From Eledone cirrhosa (lineage: Eukaryota), in the NCBI GenBank assembly GCA_964016885.1, contig OZ024741.1, positions 48,732,001 through 48,796,000 on the forward strand: a stretch of DNA of 64,000 nt. The letters run 5' to 3'. A program made the position numbers and the translations under genes. Positions 1 to 13,345 of this stretch are shown here, in pieces. Position 1 is the stretch's first letter. Each line of letters opens with the position of its first letter. Under the pieces are notes generated by a model. The model saw only the letters and a list, made by a program, of their open reading frames with translations, made no database searches and was not told the origin of the DNA.

Positions 1-3000
1 TCTAAATATTCTCCACTATTACAGTCTAAATATTCTCTGCTATTACAGTCTAAATATTCTCCACTATTACGGTCTAAATATTCTCCACTATTACAGTCTA
101 AATATTCTCCACTATTACAGTCTAAACATTCTCCGCTATTAGGGTCTAAATATTCTCCACTATTAGGGTCTAAATATTCTCCACTATTAGGGTCTAAATA
201 TTCTCCACTATTACAGTCTAAATATTCTCCACTATTACAGTCTAAATATTCTCCACAATTACAATCTAAATATTCTCCACTATTAGGGTCTAAATATTCT
301 CCACTAATACAGTCTAAATATTCTCCACTATTAGGGTCTAAATATTCTCCGCTATTAGGGTCTAAATATTCTCCACTATTAGGGTCTAAATATTCTCCAC
401 TATTACAGTCTAAGTATTCTCTACTATTACAGTCTAAATATTCTCCACTATTACGGTCTAAACATTCTCCGCTATTACAGTCTAAATATTCTTCACTACT
501 ACGGTCTAAATATTCTCCACTATTACAGTCTAAATATTCTCCGGTATTACAGTCTAAATATTCTCCACTATTACAGTCTAAATATTCTCCACTATTACAG
601 TCTAAATATTCTCCACTATTACATTCTAAATATTCTCCACTATTACAGTCTAAATATTCTCCACTATTACAGTCTAAATATTCTTCACTACTACGGTCTA
701 AATATTCTCCGGTATTACAGTCTAAATATTCTCCACTATTACAGTCTAAATATTCTCCACTATTACAGTCTAAATATTCTCTACTATTACAGTCTAAATA
801 TTCTCCACTATTACAGTCTAAATATTCTTCACTACTACGGTCTAAATATTGTCCGCTATTACAGTCTAAATATCTTCCACTATTACAGTCTAAATATTCT
901 CCGCTATTAGGGTCTAAATATTCTCCACTATTAGGGTCTAAATATTCTCCACTACTACGGTCTAAATATTCTCCACTATTAGGTTCTAAATATTCTCCAC
1001 TATTAGGGTCTAAATATTCTCCACTATTACAGTCTAAATATTCTCCACATTTACAGTCTAAATATTCTCCACTATTACAGTCTAAATATTCTCCACTATT
1101 AGGGTCTAAATATTCTCCACTATTAGGGTCTAAATATTCTCCACTATTACAGTCTAAATATTCTCCGCTATTACAGTCTAAATATTCTTCACTACTACGT
1201 TCTAAATATTCTCCCCTATTACAGTCTAAATATTCTTCACTACTACGGTCTAAATATTCTCCACTATTACAGTCTAAATATTCTCTGCTATTACAGTCTA
1301 AATATTCTCCACTACTACAGTCTAAATATTCTCCACTATTACATTCTAAATATTCTTCACTACTACAGTATAAATATTCTCCACTATTACAGTCTAAATA
1401 TTCTCCACTATTACAGTCTAAATATTCTCCACTATTGCAGTCTAAATATTCTTCACTACTTCGGTCTAAATATTCTCCACTATTACAGTCTAAATATTCT
1501 CCACTATTAGGGTCTAAATATTTTCCACTATTACAGTCTAAATATTCTCCACTATTACAGTCTAAATATCCTCCACTATTACAGTCTAAATATTCTTCAC
1601 TACTACGGTCTAAATATTGTCTGCTATTACAGTCTAAATATTCTCCACTATTACAGTCTAAATATTCTTCACTACTACGGTCTAAATATTCTCCACTATT
1701 ACAGTCTAAATATTCTCCACTATTACGGTCTAAATATTCTCCACTATTACGGTCTAAATATTCTCCACTATTACAGTCTAGATATTCTCCACTATTACAG
1801 TCTAAATATTCTCCACTACTACAGTCTAAATATTCTCCACTATTAGGGTCTAAATATTCTCCACTATTACGGTCTAAATATTCTCCACTATTAGGGTCTA
1901 AATATTCTCCACTATTACAGTCTAAATATTCTCCACTATTAGGGTCTAAATATTCTTCACTACTACGGTTTAAATATTCTCCACTATAACGGTCTAAATA
2001 TTCGCCACTATTACGGTCTAAATATTTTCCACTATTAGGGTCTAAATATTCTCCACTATTACAGTCTAAATATTCTCCACTATTACAGTCTAAATATTCT
2101 CCACTATTACAGTCTAAATATTCTCCGCTATTACAGTCTAAATATTCTTCACTACTACGTTCTAAATATTCTCCCCTATTACAGTCTAAATATTCTTCAC
2201 TACTACGGTCTAAATATTCTCCACTATTACAGTCTAAATATTCTCTGCTATTAGAGTCTAAATATTCTCCACTATTACAGTCTAAATATTCTTCACTACT
2301 ACGGTCTAAATATTGTCTGCTATTACAGTCTAAATATTCTCCACTATTACAGTCTAAATATTCTTCACTACTACGGTCTAAATATTCTCCACTATTACAG
2401 TCTAAATATTCTCCACTATTACGGTCTAAATATTCTCCACTATTACGGTCTAAATATTCTCCACTATTACAGTCTAGATATTCTCCACTATTACAGTCTA
2501 AATATTCTCCACTACTACAGTCTAAATATTCTCCACTATTAGGGTCTAAATATTCTCCACTATTACGGTCTAAATATTCTCCACTATTAGGGTCTAAATA
2601 TTCTCCACTATTACAGTCTAAATATTCTCCACTATTAGGGTCTAAATATTCTTCACTACTACGGTTTAAATATTCTCCACTATAACGGTCTAAATATTCG
2701 CCACTATTACGGTCTAAATATTCTCCACTATTACGGTCTAAATATTCTCCACTATTACAGTCTAAATATTCTCCACTACTACAGTCTAAATATTCTCCAC
2801 TATTAGGGTCTAAATATTCTCCACTATTACGGTCTAAATATTCTCCACTATTACGGTCTAAATATTCTCCACTATTAGGGTCTAAATATTCTCCACTATT
2901 ACAGTCTAAATATTCTCCACTATTACAGTCTAAATATTCTCCACTATTACAGTCTAAATATTCTCCACTATTAGGGTCTAAATATTCTCCACTATTAGGG

Positions 3001-6000
3001 TCTAAATATTCTCCACTATTACAGTCTAAATATTCTCCGCTATTACAGTCTAAATATTCTTCACTACTACGTTCTAAATATTCTCCCCTATTACAGTCTA
3101 AATATTCTTCACTACTACGGTCTAAATATTCTCCACTATTACAGTCTAAATATTCTCTGCTATTAGAGTCTAAATATTCTCCACTATTACAGTCTAAATA
3201 TTCTCCACTACTACAGTCTAAATATTCTCCACTATTACATTCTAAATATTCTTCACTACTACAGTATAAATATTCTCCACTATTACAGTCTAAATATTCT
3301 CCACTATTACAGTCTAAATATTCTCCACTATTGCAGTCTAAATATTCTTCACTACTTCGGTCTAAATATTCTCCACTATTACAGTCTAAATATTCTCCAC
3401 TATTAGGGTCTAAATATTTTCCACTATTACAGTCTAAATATTCTCCACTATTACAGTCTAAATATCCTCCACTATTACAGTCTAAATATTCTTCACTACT
3501 ACGGTCTAAATATTGTCTGCTATTACAGTGTAAATATTCTCCACTATTACAGTCTAAATATTCTTCACTACTACGTTCTAAATATTCTCCCCTATTACAG
3601 TCTAAATATTCTTCACTACTACGGTCTAAATATTCTCCACTATTACAGTCTAAATATTCTCTGCTATTAGAGTCTAAATATTCTCCACTATTACAGTCTA
3701 AATATTCTTCACTACTACGGTCTAAATATTGTCTGCTATTACAGTCTAAATATTCTCCACTATTACAGTCTAAATATTCTTCACTACTACGGTCTAAATA
3801 TTCTCCACTATTACAGTCTAAATATTCTCCACTATTACGGTCTAAATATTCTCCACTATTACGGTCTAAATATTCTCCACTATTACAGTCTAGATATTCT
3901 CCACTATTACAGTCTAAATATTCTCCACTACTACAGTCTAAATATTCTCCACTATTAGGGTCTAAATATTCTCCACTATTACGGTCTAAATATTCTCCAC
4001 TATTAGGGTCTAAATATTCTCCACTATTACAGTCTAAATATTCTCCACTATTAGGGTCTAAATATTCTTCACTACTACGGTTTAAATATTCTCCACTATA
4101 ACGGTCTAAATATTCGCCACTATTACGGTCTAAATATTCTCCACTATTACGGTCTAAATATTCTCCACTATTACAGTCTAAATATTCTCCACTACTACAG
4201 TCTAAATATTCTCCACTATTAGGGTCTAAATATTCTCCACTATTACGGTCTAAATATTCTCCACTATTACGGTCTAAATATTCTCCACTATTAGGGTCTA
4301 AATATTCTCCACTATTACAGTCTAAATATTCTCCACTATTACAGTCTAAATATTCTCCACTATTACAGTCTAAATATTCTCCACTATTAGGGTCTAAATA
4401 TTCTCCACTATTAGGGTCTAAATATTCTCCACTATTACAGTCTAAATATTCTCCGCTATTACAGTCTAAATATTCTTCACTACTACGTTCTAAATATTCT
4501 CCCCTATTACAGTCTAAATATTCTTCACTACTACGGTCTAAATATTCTCCACTATTACAGTCTAAATATTCTCTGCTATTAGAGTCTAAATATTCTCCAC
4601 TATTACAGTCTAAATATTCTCCACTACTACAGTCTAAATATTCTCCACTATTACATTCTAAATATTCTTCACTACTACAGTATAAATATTCTCCACTATT
4701 ACAGTCTAAATATTCTCCACTATTACAGTCTAAATATTCTCCACTATTGCAGTCTAAATATTCTTCACTACTTCGGTCTAAATATTCTCCACTATTACAG
4801 TCTAAATATTCTCCACTATTAGGGTCTAAATATTTTCCACTATTACAGTCTAAATATTCTCCACTATTACAGTATAAATATCCTCCACTATTACAGTCTA
4901 AATATTCTTCACTACTACGGTCTAAATATTGTCTGCTATTACAGTGTAAATATTCTCCACTATTACAGTCTAAATATTCTTCACTACTACGTTCTAAATA
5001 TTCTCCCCTATTACAGTCTAAATATTCTTCACTACTACGGTCTAAATATTCTCCACTATTACAGTCTAAATATTCTCTGCTATTAGAGTCTAAATATTCT
5101 CCACTATTACAGTCTAAATATTCTTCACTACTACGGTCTAAATATTGTCTGCTATTACAGTCTAAATATTCTCCACTATTACAGTCTAAATATTCTTCAC
5201 TACTACGGTCTAAATATTCTCCACTATTACAGTCTAAATATTCTCCACTATTACGGTCTAAATATTCTCCACTATTACGGTCTAAATATTCTCCACTATT
5301 ACAGTCTAGATATTCTCCACTATTACAGTCTAAATATTCTCCACTACTACAGTCTAAATATTCTCCACTATTAGGGTCTAAATATTCTCCACTATTACGG
5401 TCTAAATATTCTCCACTATTAGGGTCTAAATATTCTCCACTATTACAGTCTAAATATTCTCCACTATTAGGGTCTAAATATTCTTCACTACTACGGTTTA
5501 AATATTCTCCACTATAACGGTCTAAATATTCGCCACTATTACGGTCTAAATATTCTCCACTATTACGGTCTAAATATTCTCCACTATTACAGTCTAAATA
5601 TTCTCCACTACTACAGTCTAAATATTCTCCACTATTAGGGTCTAAATATTCTCCACTATTACGGTCTAAATATTCTCCACTATTACGGTCTAAATATTCT
5701 CCACTATTAGGGTCTAAATATTCTCCACTATTACAGTCTAAATATTCTCCACTATTACAGTCTAAATATTCTCCACTATTACAGTCTAAATATTCTCCAC
5801 TATTAGGGTCTAAATATTCTCCACTATTAGGGTCTAAATATTCTCCACTATTACAGTCTAAATATTCTCCGCTATTACAGTCTAAATATTCTTCACTACT
5901 ACGTTCTAAATATTCTCCCCTATTACAGTCTAAATATTCTTCACTACTACGGTCTAAATATTCTCCACTATTACAGTCTAAATATTCTCTGCTATTAGAG

Positions 6001-7223
6001 TCTAAATATTCTCCACTATTACAGTCTAAATATTCTCCACTACTACAGTCTAAATATTCTCCACTATTACATTCTAAATATTCTTCACTACTACAGTATA
6101 AATATTCTCCACTATTACAGTCTAAATATTCTCCACTATTACAGTCTAAATATTCTCCACTATTGCAGTCTAAATATTCTTCACTACTTCGGTCTAAATA
6201 TTCTCCACTATTACAGTCTAAATATTCTCCACTATTAGGGTCTAAATATTTTCCACTATTACAGTCTAAATATTCTCCACTATTACAGTCTAAATATCCT
6301 CCACTATTACAGTCTAAATATTCTTCACTACTACGGTCTAAATATTGTCTGCTATTACAGTGTAAATATTCTCCACTATTACAGTCTAAATATTCTTCAC
6401 TACTACGGTCTAAATATTCTCCACTATTACAGTCTAAATATTCTCCACTATTACAGTCTAAATATTCTCCACTATTAGAGTCTAAATATTCTTCACTACT
6501 ACGGTCTAAATATTCTCCACTATTACAGTCTAAATATTCTCCACTATTACGGTCTAAATATTCTCCACTATTACGGTCTAAATATTCTCCACTATTACAG
6601 TCTAGATATTCTCCACTATTACAGTCTAAATATTCTCCACTACTACAGTCTAAATATTCTCCACTATTAGGGTCTAAATATTCTCCACTATTACGGTCTA
6701 AATATTCTCCACTATTAGGGTCTAAATATTCTCCACTATTACAGTCTAAATATTCTCCACTATTAGGGTCTAAATATTCTTCACTACTACGGTTTAAATA
6801 TTCTCCACTATAACGGTCTAAATATTCTCCACTATTACGGTCTAAATATTCTCCACTATTACGGTCTAAATATTCTCCACTATTACAGTCTAAATATTCT
6901 CCACTACTACAGTCTAAATAATCTCCACTATTAGGGTCTAAATATTCTCCACTATTACGGTCTAAATATTCTCCACTATTACGATCTAAATATTCTCCAC
7001 TATTACGGTCTAAATATTCTCCACTATTACAGTCTAAATATTCTCCACTATTACAGTCTAAATATTCTCCGCTACTACAGTCTAAATATTCTCCACTATT
7101 AGGGTCTAAATATTCTTCACTACTACGGTTTAAATATTCTCCACTATTACGGTCTAAATATTCTCCACTATTACGGTCTAAATATTCTCCACTATTACGG
7201 TCTAAATATTCTCCGCTATTACA
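1..7223. repeat. 24-bp tandem satellite (consensus TCTAAATATTCTCCACTATTACAG), about 300 monomers, with a 1416-bp (59-monomer) higher-order repeat; runs off the left edge
   Basis: Directly visible 24-nt periodicity. Rare variants recur at 1416-bp spacing (TTGCAG at 3331/4747/6163; TCTAGA at 2473/3889/5305). Confidence 0.99.
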
Positions 7224-7227
7224 AGCC

Positions 7228-7414
7228 AGGACGGTGAATTGGCAGTATCAGTCGGACGCCATGCTTTCCAGCACAGTTACGTCCCTTTACGATCTGACTT
7301 CAAATCCCGTTGAGGTTAACTTTGCCTTTCATCCTTACGGCGTCGAGAAAATAAAGTACCAGTAATGCAATGGGATAATTGCTGGCCTTGTGCCAAAAGT
7401 AGAAACAACTATTA
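7228..7414 (+). mobile_element. tRNA-derived SINE (family A)
   Basis: Box A-like TGGCAGTATC, box B-like (G)TTCAAATCC, body GCCTTTCATCCTTACGG..GATAAAATAAAGTACCAG, tail AGAAACAA(TTA)n. About 12 copies in the window. Flanked by a CTATTACAAGYC direct repeat (TSD). Confidence 0.9.
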
Positions 7415-7439
7415 CAAGTCACTTCATCAATTTCTGTGG

Positions 7440-7965
7440 CTGGTAATTTTACTTTAATCCCAGCAGGTTCATTAAGACGTTTCACATGTCCAGCTAATGT
7501 GAGCCTCCTATGCCTCATGTTGTCAGAAAGGTGAAGGTATGAGATGTAGAATGATTTCTTTGCTATGTGTTCTCTAAGATATCTTCTGGACTATCTCAGT
7601 ATTCGTGTGAATGTGCTATTAATTTGAGGAAGGCAGAGTTTGAATGAACTCAGGGAGAAGCTGGGTCTAAGAGGAATCTAAGGTAGTATGCAAAAGAGAA
7701 GACTTCATTGATACAGACATGTGATGCGCATGGATGATGATCGATGATTGCAGAGGTGAGAGGAAATGCCAGTGAATGGAAGCCACAGTAGAGGTAGACT
7801 GCAAAAGACCTAGGCTGAGGTGGTGAGAACTGACCTCAAATCACTGAGACTCACAGAGGAGATGATGAAATGTGGCAGATGGAGAGATGCTATACTGAAA
7901 AGACCCATCTAACCCATATAAGCATGGAAAAATGGACGTAAAACGATGATGAGGATGATGATGAC
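7440..7965. mobile_element. Two RTE-clade LINE 3' fragments (minus strand about 7440-7615; plus strand about 7630-7965 with (GAT)n tail)
   Basis: RRLTLAGHV motif on the minus strand. ELREKLGLRGI..RRLH.YRHVMRMDD on the plus strand, ending GGACGTAAAACGATGATGA. Confidence 0.7.
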
Positions 7966-8077
7966 TGTATTTCATTAAAAATGAGGTATTTAAATAACAA
8001 ATGTATCATTTTATTTTCATTGGAATACATTTCATAAAATATTTCAGCAGTATAGTACTTTTCAATATTTCCAATAA

Positions 8078-8300
8078 GGGTGGTGGACTGGCCAAATTGG
8101 TAGAGCGTCAGACAACCTGCTTTGTGGTATAGAGTTATGTCTCTTTACATTCTGAGTTCAAATCCCGCCGAGGTTAGCTTTGCCTTCCATCCTTATGGGG
8201 GCGATAAAATAAAGTACCTGTAATGCACTGGTGTCGATTTAATTGACTTCCCTCACCCCGCAAAAAAAATTGAGGCCTTGTGCCTAAATCAGAAACCAAT
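8078..8300 (+). mobile_element. tRNA-derived SINE (family A)
   Basis: TGGCCAAATTGG box A, GAGTTCAAATCCC box B, family body, GGCCTTGTGCCTAAA tail. Confidence 0.88.
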
Positions 8301-8616
8301 ATTTCCCATAATTTCAAAATCAGTTTTTATTTCAAACCAATTTATTATTATTTTCCCTCAACTAGTTCAATAGATAAGCACTCAGTTTTACAGTTCATAA
8401 TTATTTTTAATAGGTTTTTTCCATCATATAGTCTGGTATAGGTTTTTAATAAGCTAGTTCTTATCCCTTAACATTTAAACTGGCCATATCCAAGGGCGGA
8501 TTGGGACTTAAAATCGGCCCTGGTAAATCCGAAGCAACCGGCCCTATAAACAAAATTAAATAAATGTTTTTTTGAAAAAGAATGTTTTTTAAAAGAAAAC
8601 AATTTACACAAAGCAG

Positions 8617-11363
8617 TTAAAAAGTCAAGTTTTTCTTAAGTAGGTCACTGTTTTCAGCGACTTTGTCAATAACATCCTGGCAGTCCACCTGACTAAGCAC
8701 ATCTTTTTCTACACACATGAGCATGAGAGCATCCAAATGCTTTTCAGTTAGTGTACTTCTTAGACGGTTCTTCACAAACTTCAAAGTTGAGAAGGAACAT
8801 TCACAGGCAACTTGCGTCATTGATAGAGTCAGCATCAATTTATAAGCTAATCCTATTAGTCCATATGCATCAGTCAAAAGGTTGTAAGCCTGCAGAGTCT
8901 GATAAACGCACACTGCACAATTTTTACAACGCTTACAAACCATTGAAACCACTTACTCACCTTCATCTTCATCATATTGTCTGGCAGTGGCAGCGGCATA
9001 TTCTTCAGGAAGTCCTTTGTGAAGGCTGCTCCAATTTTTTGCAAGATTAATCAGTTCAAGTTGTAAGTTCTCTTTCATTGTACTCAATTCAAAACGAAGA
9101 AGTAGGCTACTTAATGTTTCCAATGCATCCTGAGTCAGACAGGTGGCTATATCACTAAAATTCAGTGGCGATAAACATGCCATATCTCTGTAAATTGAAC
9201 CATTCAATTCAAATCTCGATTTCAAGCTTTGGACTACTTGATCTGTGATCTTATGTACAATCACAGCAAAATCTTCCATTGCGTCTTTTCCATTTTCTAC
9301 TGGCACTCTCTTTTTTCTGGAAAGGAGTCTTGAGGCTTCAAAACAGTTTCAATCCCATCAGCTTCACAACGTTCTTCCAGTTTTTTGGAAGTCCAGTCAA
9401 TAAATTCTGACACAGCACGATGAACCCCTTCTACATCTCTCTGTATGTTTTGCACTTCAGTTACTGTGCTCATTACAAACCGATGTGCTTTAAGAACATC
9501 CATGCCACTAGTCTGGAGATACTTTGACAACGGTGTGGTCAATTCAAATATTCTAAGATACGTAAAAGCTGTCATAACAGTTTCATACTTCAATAGTGAA
9601 TCGTTGAGGGATCTGGCCTTTGCTCGTATATCTGGCTGGGCTTGTTCATTCTCTTCAATAGACAAAAGTGCTAGCACTATGTCCACGTAATGATTATTAT
9701 CAGGGTTAGCGTTTGTGAAACAGCCAAATACTTTGGAAATAGCAGCATGTTTAGCCCACCACATTGTTTCTCCAATCATCTGAAGACGCTTCTTTCTGGG
9801 ATTTTTGCTGATGTTCTCCCAAATATCCATGCATTTGTACGATTGTCGGAAAAAGACAGCAACTTGATTCATCAGTGAAAATAGAGATGACAAAGCCAGA
9901 AAATTCTGAGTAGCATCATGTATGACCAAATTTAGTATATGTGCGCAGCACCATGTATGAATCTGTCCAGGAGCTTCTTTCGTCAACCAAGCTGTAAAAC
10001 CATTATATATGCCTTGCATGTTTGATGCTCCATCAGTTGAATTTGAGACGCAATTCCCAATACCAATATTATTCTCCTCCAGTGTCTTTTTCAGCAGTTC
10101 GCACATCCCTTTTCCGGTGGAATCCGAGGTGTTCACAACTGCGATTAGTCTTTCATAAATCTGATTTTCAAAGACGTATCGAAGAATTATGGAGCATTGG
10201 TCTTTCACTGAAACATCTTGGGTTGTATCCAGTTGAACCGAAACCATGCCAGCTTGTCGAACTTCATCAACAATAACACTTTTAATCAGGGAAGAATTGG
10301 CCATAATGACAAGATTAACTGTTGTCTTTGAAATCAGAGTCAAAGAACTACCATGACCTTTACTGCCTGCGTCATGTGCTTTCTTACTCTGTTTGATCAC
10401 CTTTTCCAGATGATCTTTTAGGAGGATGTCATACTTACTGAGAAGCAAAACAAGTTCTAAGAAGGTGCCGTGATCAAGAATAGGATTATCTAACCCATAT
10501 GCTGACTCAGATTCAGAAGATGATCCACGGTAGCTAAGACCCCGTTTTCCAATTACTTTAACAATGTCAACTACACGTTGCATTACTTCCCTACTGTTCT
10601 GAATTTTTTTTTTGCGTTCTAAAATATGTCTCCAATATTGTTCTTCTTGTTTTATTAGACGAGCATTTTCCTCATCAATTGATGCATTTCTGTTTAATCG
10701 CAAATCCAATTCTTTCCTTGTTATTAAAGTTTTCAAAATGTTCAGTTGATTTTTCATGAGATGATAGTATAGCTGACATATTTTTCCAATCTGCAGATCC
10801 ATGTACTGCAAGAGTTGATAGACTAGCTATTTTTTTACTAAACAATTTACAGCAAAAGCAGAACACACAGTCTTGTAATACTGAATATTGTAACCAATTA
10901 CGATTAATTTCTTCACCATTAATTAACTTTCTAGTATAATGAATGTTTGAAAATTTTCTCCGATTCTTATCTTTAGGAAACTTTATATTTTTAACTTGTT
11001 CCGGTCCATGTTGAACTAGTAGCCTTCTAACATTATCATTACACTTTGTTTGCCAGGTGGCAGGATCACTGTAACTTAGATTTAAAACTTCATTTTCGAT
11101 TGATCCATCATCCTTACACTCTGTTTCTGAATTTTCATGTCTTTCATCAAAGATATCTTCATTTCCTGGTTGTATGGTACTTACATCATAGAATTCATCA
11201 ATAGAAACAGAAATAGAGTTATTTTCATCATCATCATCACCTTCAGTCTCTCTCCCTTTGCAAAGGTATTTTAGAAATGATCCTTTTTGCTTTGCAAGTT
11301 CCCTTTCTTTTTCAAGTTTGTGTTTGCGATACTGAGCACCAGATGGTCGTTTACTGTCTGCCA
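8617..11363 (-). pseudogene. hAT transposase (ZMYM1-like: TTF-type zinc finger, DUF4371-like region, DDE core, hATC dimerization domain), frameshifted into 4 ORFs
   Basis: SGAQYRK N-terminus; WLQYS..VFCFCCKLF; GLSYRG; DTTQDVS..DQCSIILRYV; DGASNMQG; CCAHILNL; CECSFSTLKFVKNRLRSTL. Frameshifts near 10720, 9300 and 8950. Confidence 0.92.
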
Positions 11364-12429
11364 TGCTAAAAAAATAATAGTTTAGTGCAATATGATATAC
11401 TAAAAAATAACTTGTCCTTATTCCTATCCTCATCCCTAAATGAATTATTTATATCATCTGAAAAAAGAATTATTTTTTAACAAATTATTATTAAGCCATA
11501 TTAATTTAAATTATATTATTTTATATATATTAAATAAAAATTTTAATATGGTAAATTATAATTAAAAAAATAAAGTACATGAACTTTTAAAAGTTCATTT
11601 CACATATCAATACATTTATCGAAAATTGCCATTGTAGTGAATGAACCATAACATCCAATATAGTATATTAGCCAGTATAGAAAATGCATGGTTTTGGTTA
11701 TTTTACTATCTTGTTTGACTCCAAATTAGAAATAGTATCAGAAGGCTTTAGGCTGCGTTAAACGTTAATTGTATTGGAACAACAAAATCTAGTCAAAGTG
11801 TTTTTGAACATATATTTATTGTATGAACGCATTCTCCAAGTGTGTTTACAGATGTCATCAAAGAAATACATATTTGTGTGGCAAAGTTTATAAGGTGTAT
11901 GCGTAGGATACAAGATTACTTTGGTTAGTTGTTGACAGTTTGTAGACGTAGTATTTTCTGTATGAATGTTACATAGAGATTTGTTGGGTTATAATCGAAA
12001 CCAAATCGTTCAGTGAGGACAACAGATTATCCCGTATTCTCGTTTGAGAACTATCTGTTGAACGAAATACATGTTGGGAACGACTAATATGCGTGTCTTT
12101 CAGTGTTAAGACTTTCTGTTGCACTGAAAATCCGCGCCTGGTCGCAATTGGTCAGTTTGTCAGTAAGGTCTGTGAAAATCAGCAGCAACCAATATTCCGA
12201 GAATTCGCAAGTAGTCAGTTTCTACGAATTCGAGGGAGAATTTATGTACGCTACACATTAAAACAAAATAAGTTATTATTGTAATTTTTAATAAAAATAA
12301 CTGTTGTAAATAACTTTTTAATAATTATTATATCATAACACGTTTCTCATTTGTAGTATTTTTTTGCGCCCCTCTAAATCCTGCACCCTAGGCAAGTGCC
12401 TAGTTCACCTAACAGTAGCGCCGGCCCTG
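10613..12429 (-). mobile_element. 5' half of a second hAT element nested in or fused to the first
   Basis: Separate hAT-type terminus CAGGGCCGGCGCTAC (minus strand, starting 12429). The protein switches abruptly at WRHILER|KKKIQNSREVMQRVV. Confidence 0.65.
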
Positions 12430-13048
12430 CCAATGACCATGCTACACAACATAGTACTAACATTCTTCAGCATGCAGGCAGGTCGGCCACACTGCAAGCT
12501 GCAGGTCGGCCACACTGCAAGCTGCAGTGTCAGTGACCAAAAATATTGTTAAAAATTTTCACAGCAGCACCAGCCCTCTGGCACACTGGCCATTCTGGCA
12601 TTTGCCCGGTTACCCGATAGGCCAATCCGCCAGTGGCCATATTCTCTTTCTGTTCAAACCGACCATAATCAGCTGCTTGTACTTATGTTAAGGTATTGTT
12701 CTCAATATAGATATCAAAATCTCATAGATTCGATATTATGTGAGATGATTATGTGAAATAAAGTGTTTACTGTGAAAATTTAATAGTAAATATAGAGTAA
12801 TGTAAATGCTAAAGGGTTAATGTTAAAAGAGAAAACCATTTGTGTGTTTCTGATATAAGAAATTTCAAATGTCTTGTTAAACTGTCCTCAGAAGCATGAG
12901 ACTTCTAACTGAAGTGGATGACATTCATCAGTGGCCTTCAAACTTTTTTTTTATGATACAAAGAACCCGTAAACTTTATAAAATATTACAGCGTATTAGA
13001 GTAGAGAAGAATCTAATCTTAAAACAATGAAATAACAAGAGTCTAAAG

Positions 13049-13345
13049 ATACGTACGCGTACATACACGAGTATAAGCCAAGGAATATGTGACCCGCCAA
13101 AAAATCAATGGGAAAATGAGGGGGGGGGAGGGCTTATATATACCATCTAAACAATGTGTTGATTAGCTGCCTCAATTTATAAATGGGGTTTGGATTTTTG
13201 CCTATTTCTCAGACAAAGTTCTTATCTATGAGGGTCGGCTGAAAAGTTCATAAGCTGATTATGAAGGAGTGATGCTAGTGTTGTGAAATCTTGCATGCAT
13301 TCATTTCAACTCTTATTATTAACAACTGCTTTGTTTCTTTCTAGG
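13049..13345. mobile_element. Tc1/mariner-type MITE fragments (13049-13220 related to 60716-60905; 13229-13345 related to 14953-15302)
   Basis: Shared motifs GAGTATAAGCCAAGGAATATGTGACC and GAGGGTCGGCTGAAAAGTTCATA. Confidence 0.6.

Larger units (their letters stand above)
8491..12635 (-). mobile_element. hAT-superfamily DNA transposon (degenerate, chimeric)
   Basis: TIRs CAAGGGCGGATTGG / CCAATCCGCCAGTG. 8-bp TSD GCCATATC / GCCATATT. Internal transposase ORFs. Confidence 0.9.
8465..12816 (+). mobile_element. TTAA-flanked piggyBac-type MITE (about 220 bp) split into 8465-8490 and 12636-12816 by the hAT insertion
   Basis: The two halves match the intact copies at 16783-17002, 58503-58713 and 60160-60369. 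Ends are CCCTT...AAAGGG|TTAA. Confidence 0.8.

Noticed and set aside
1435-6813. ORFs encoding (SKYSPLLQ)n, superficially like the RNA Pol II CTD YSPTSPS repeat
   Set aside because: A stop-free frame follows trivially from a 24-bp monomer. The starts are TTG variants, the period is 8 not 7, and there is no unique coding flank.
1-7223. CRISPR-like regular repeat
   Set aside because: No unique spacers, no cas genes, eukaryotic context.
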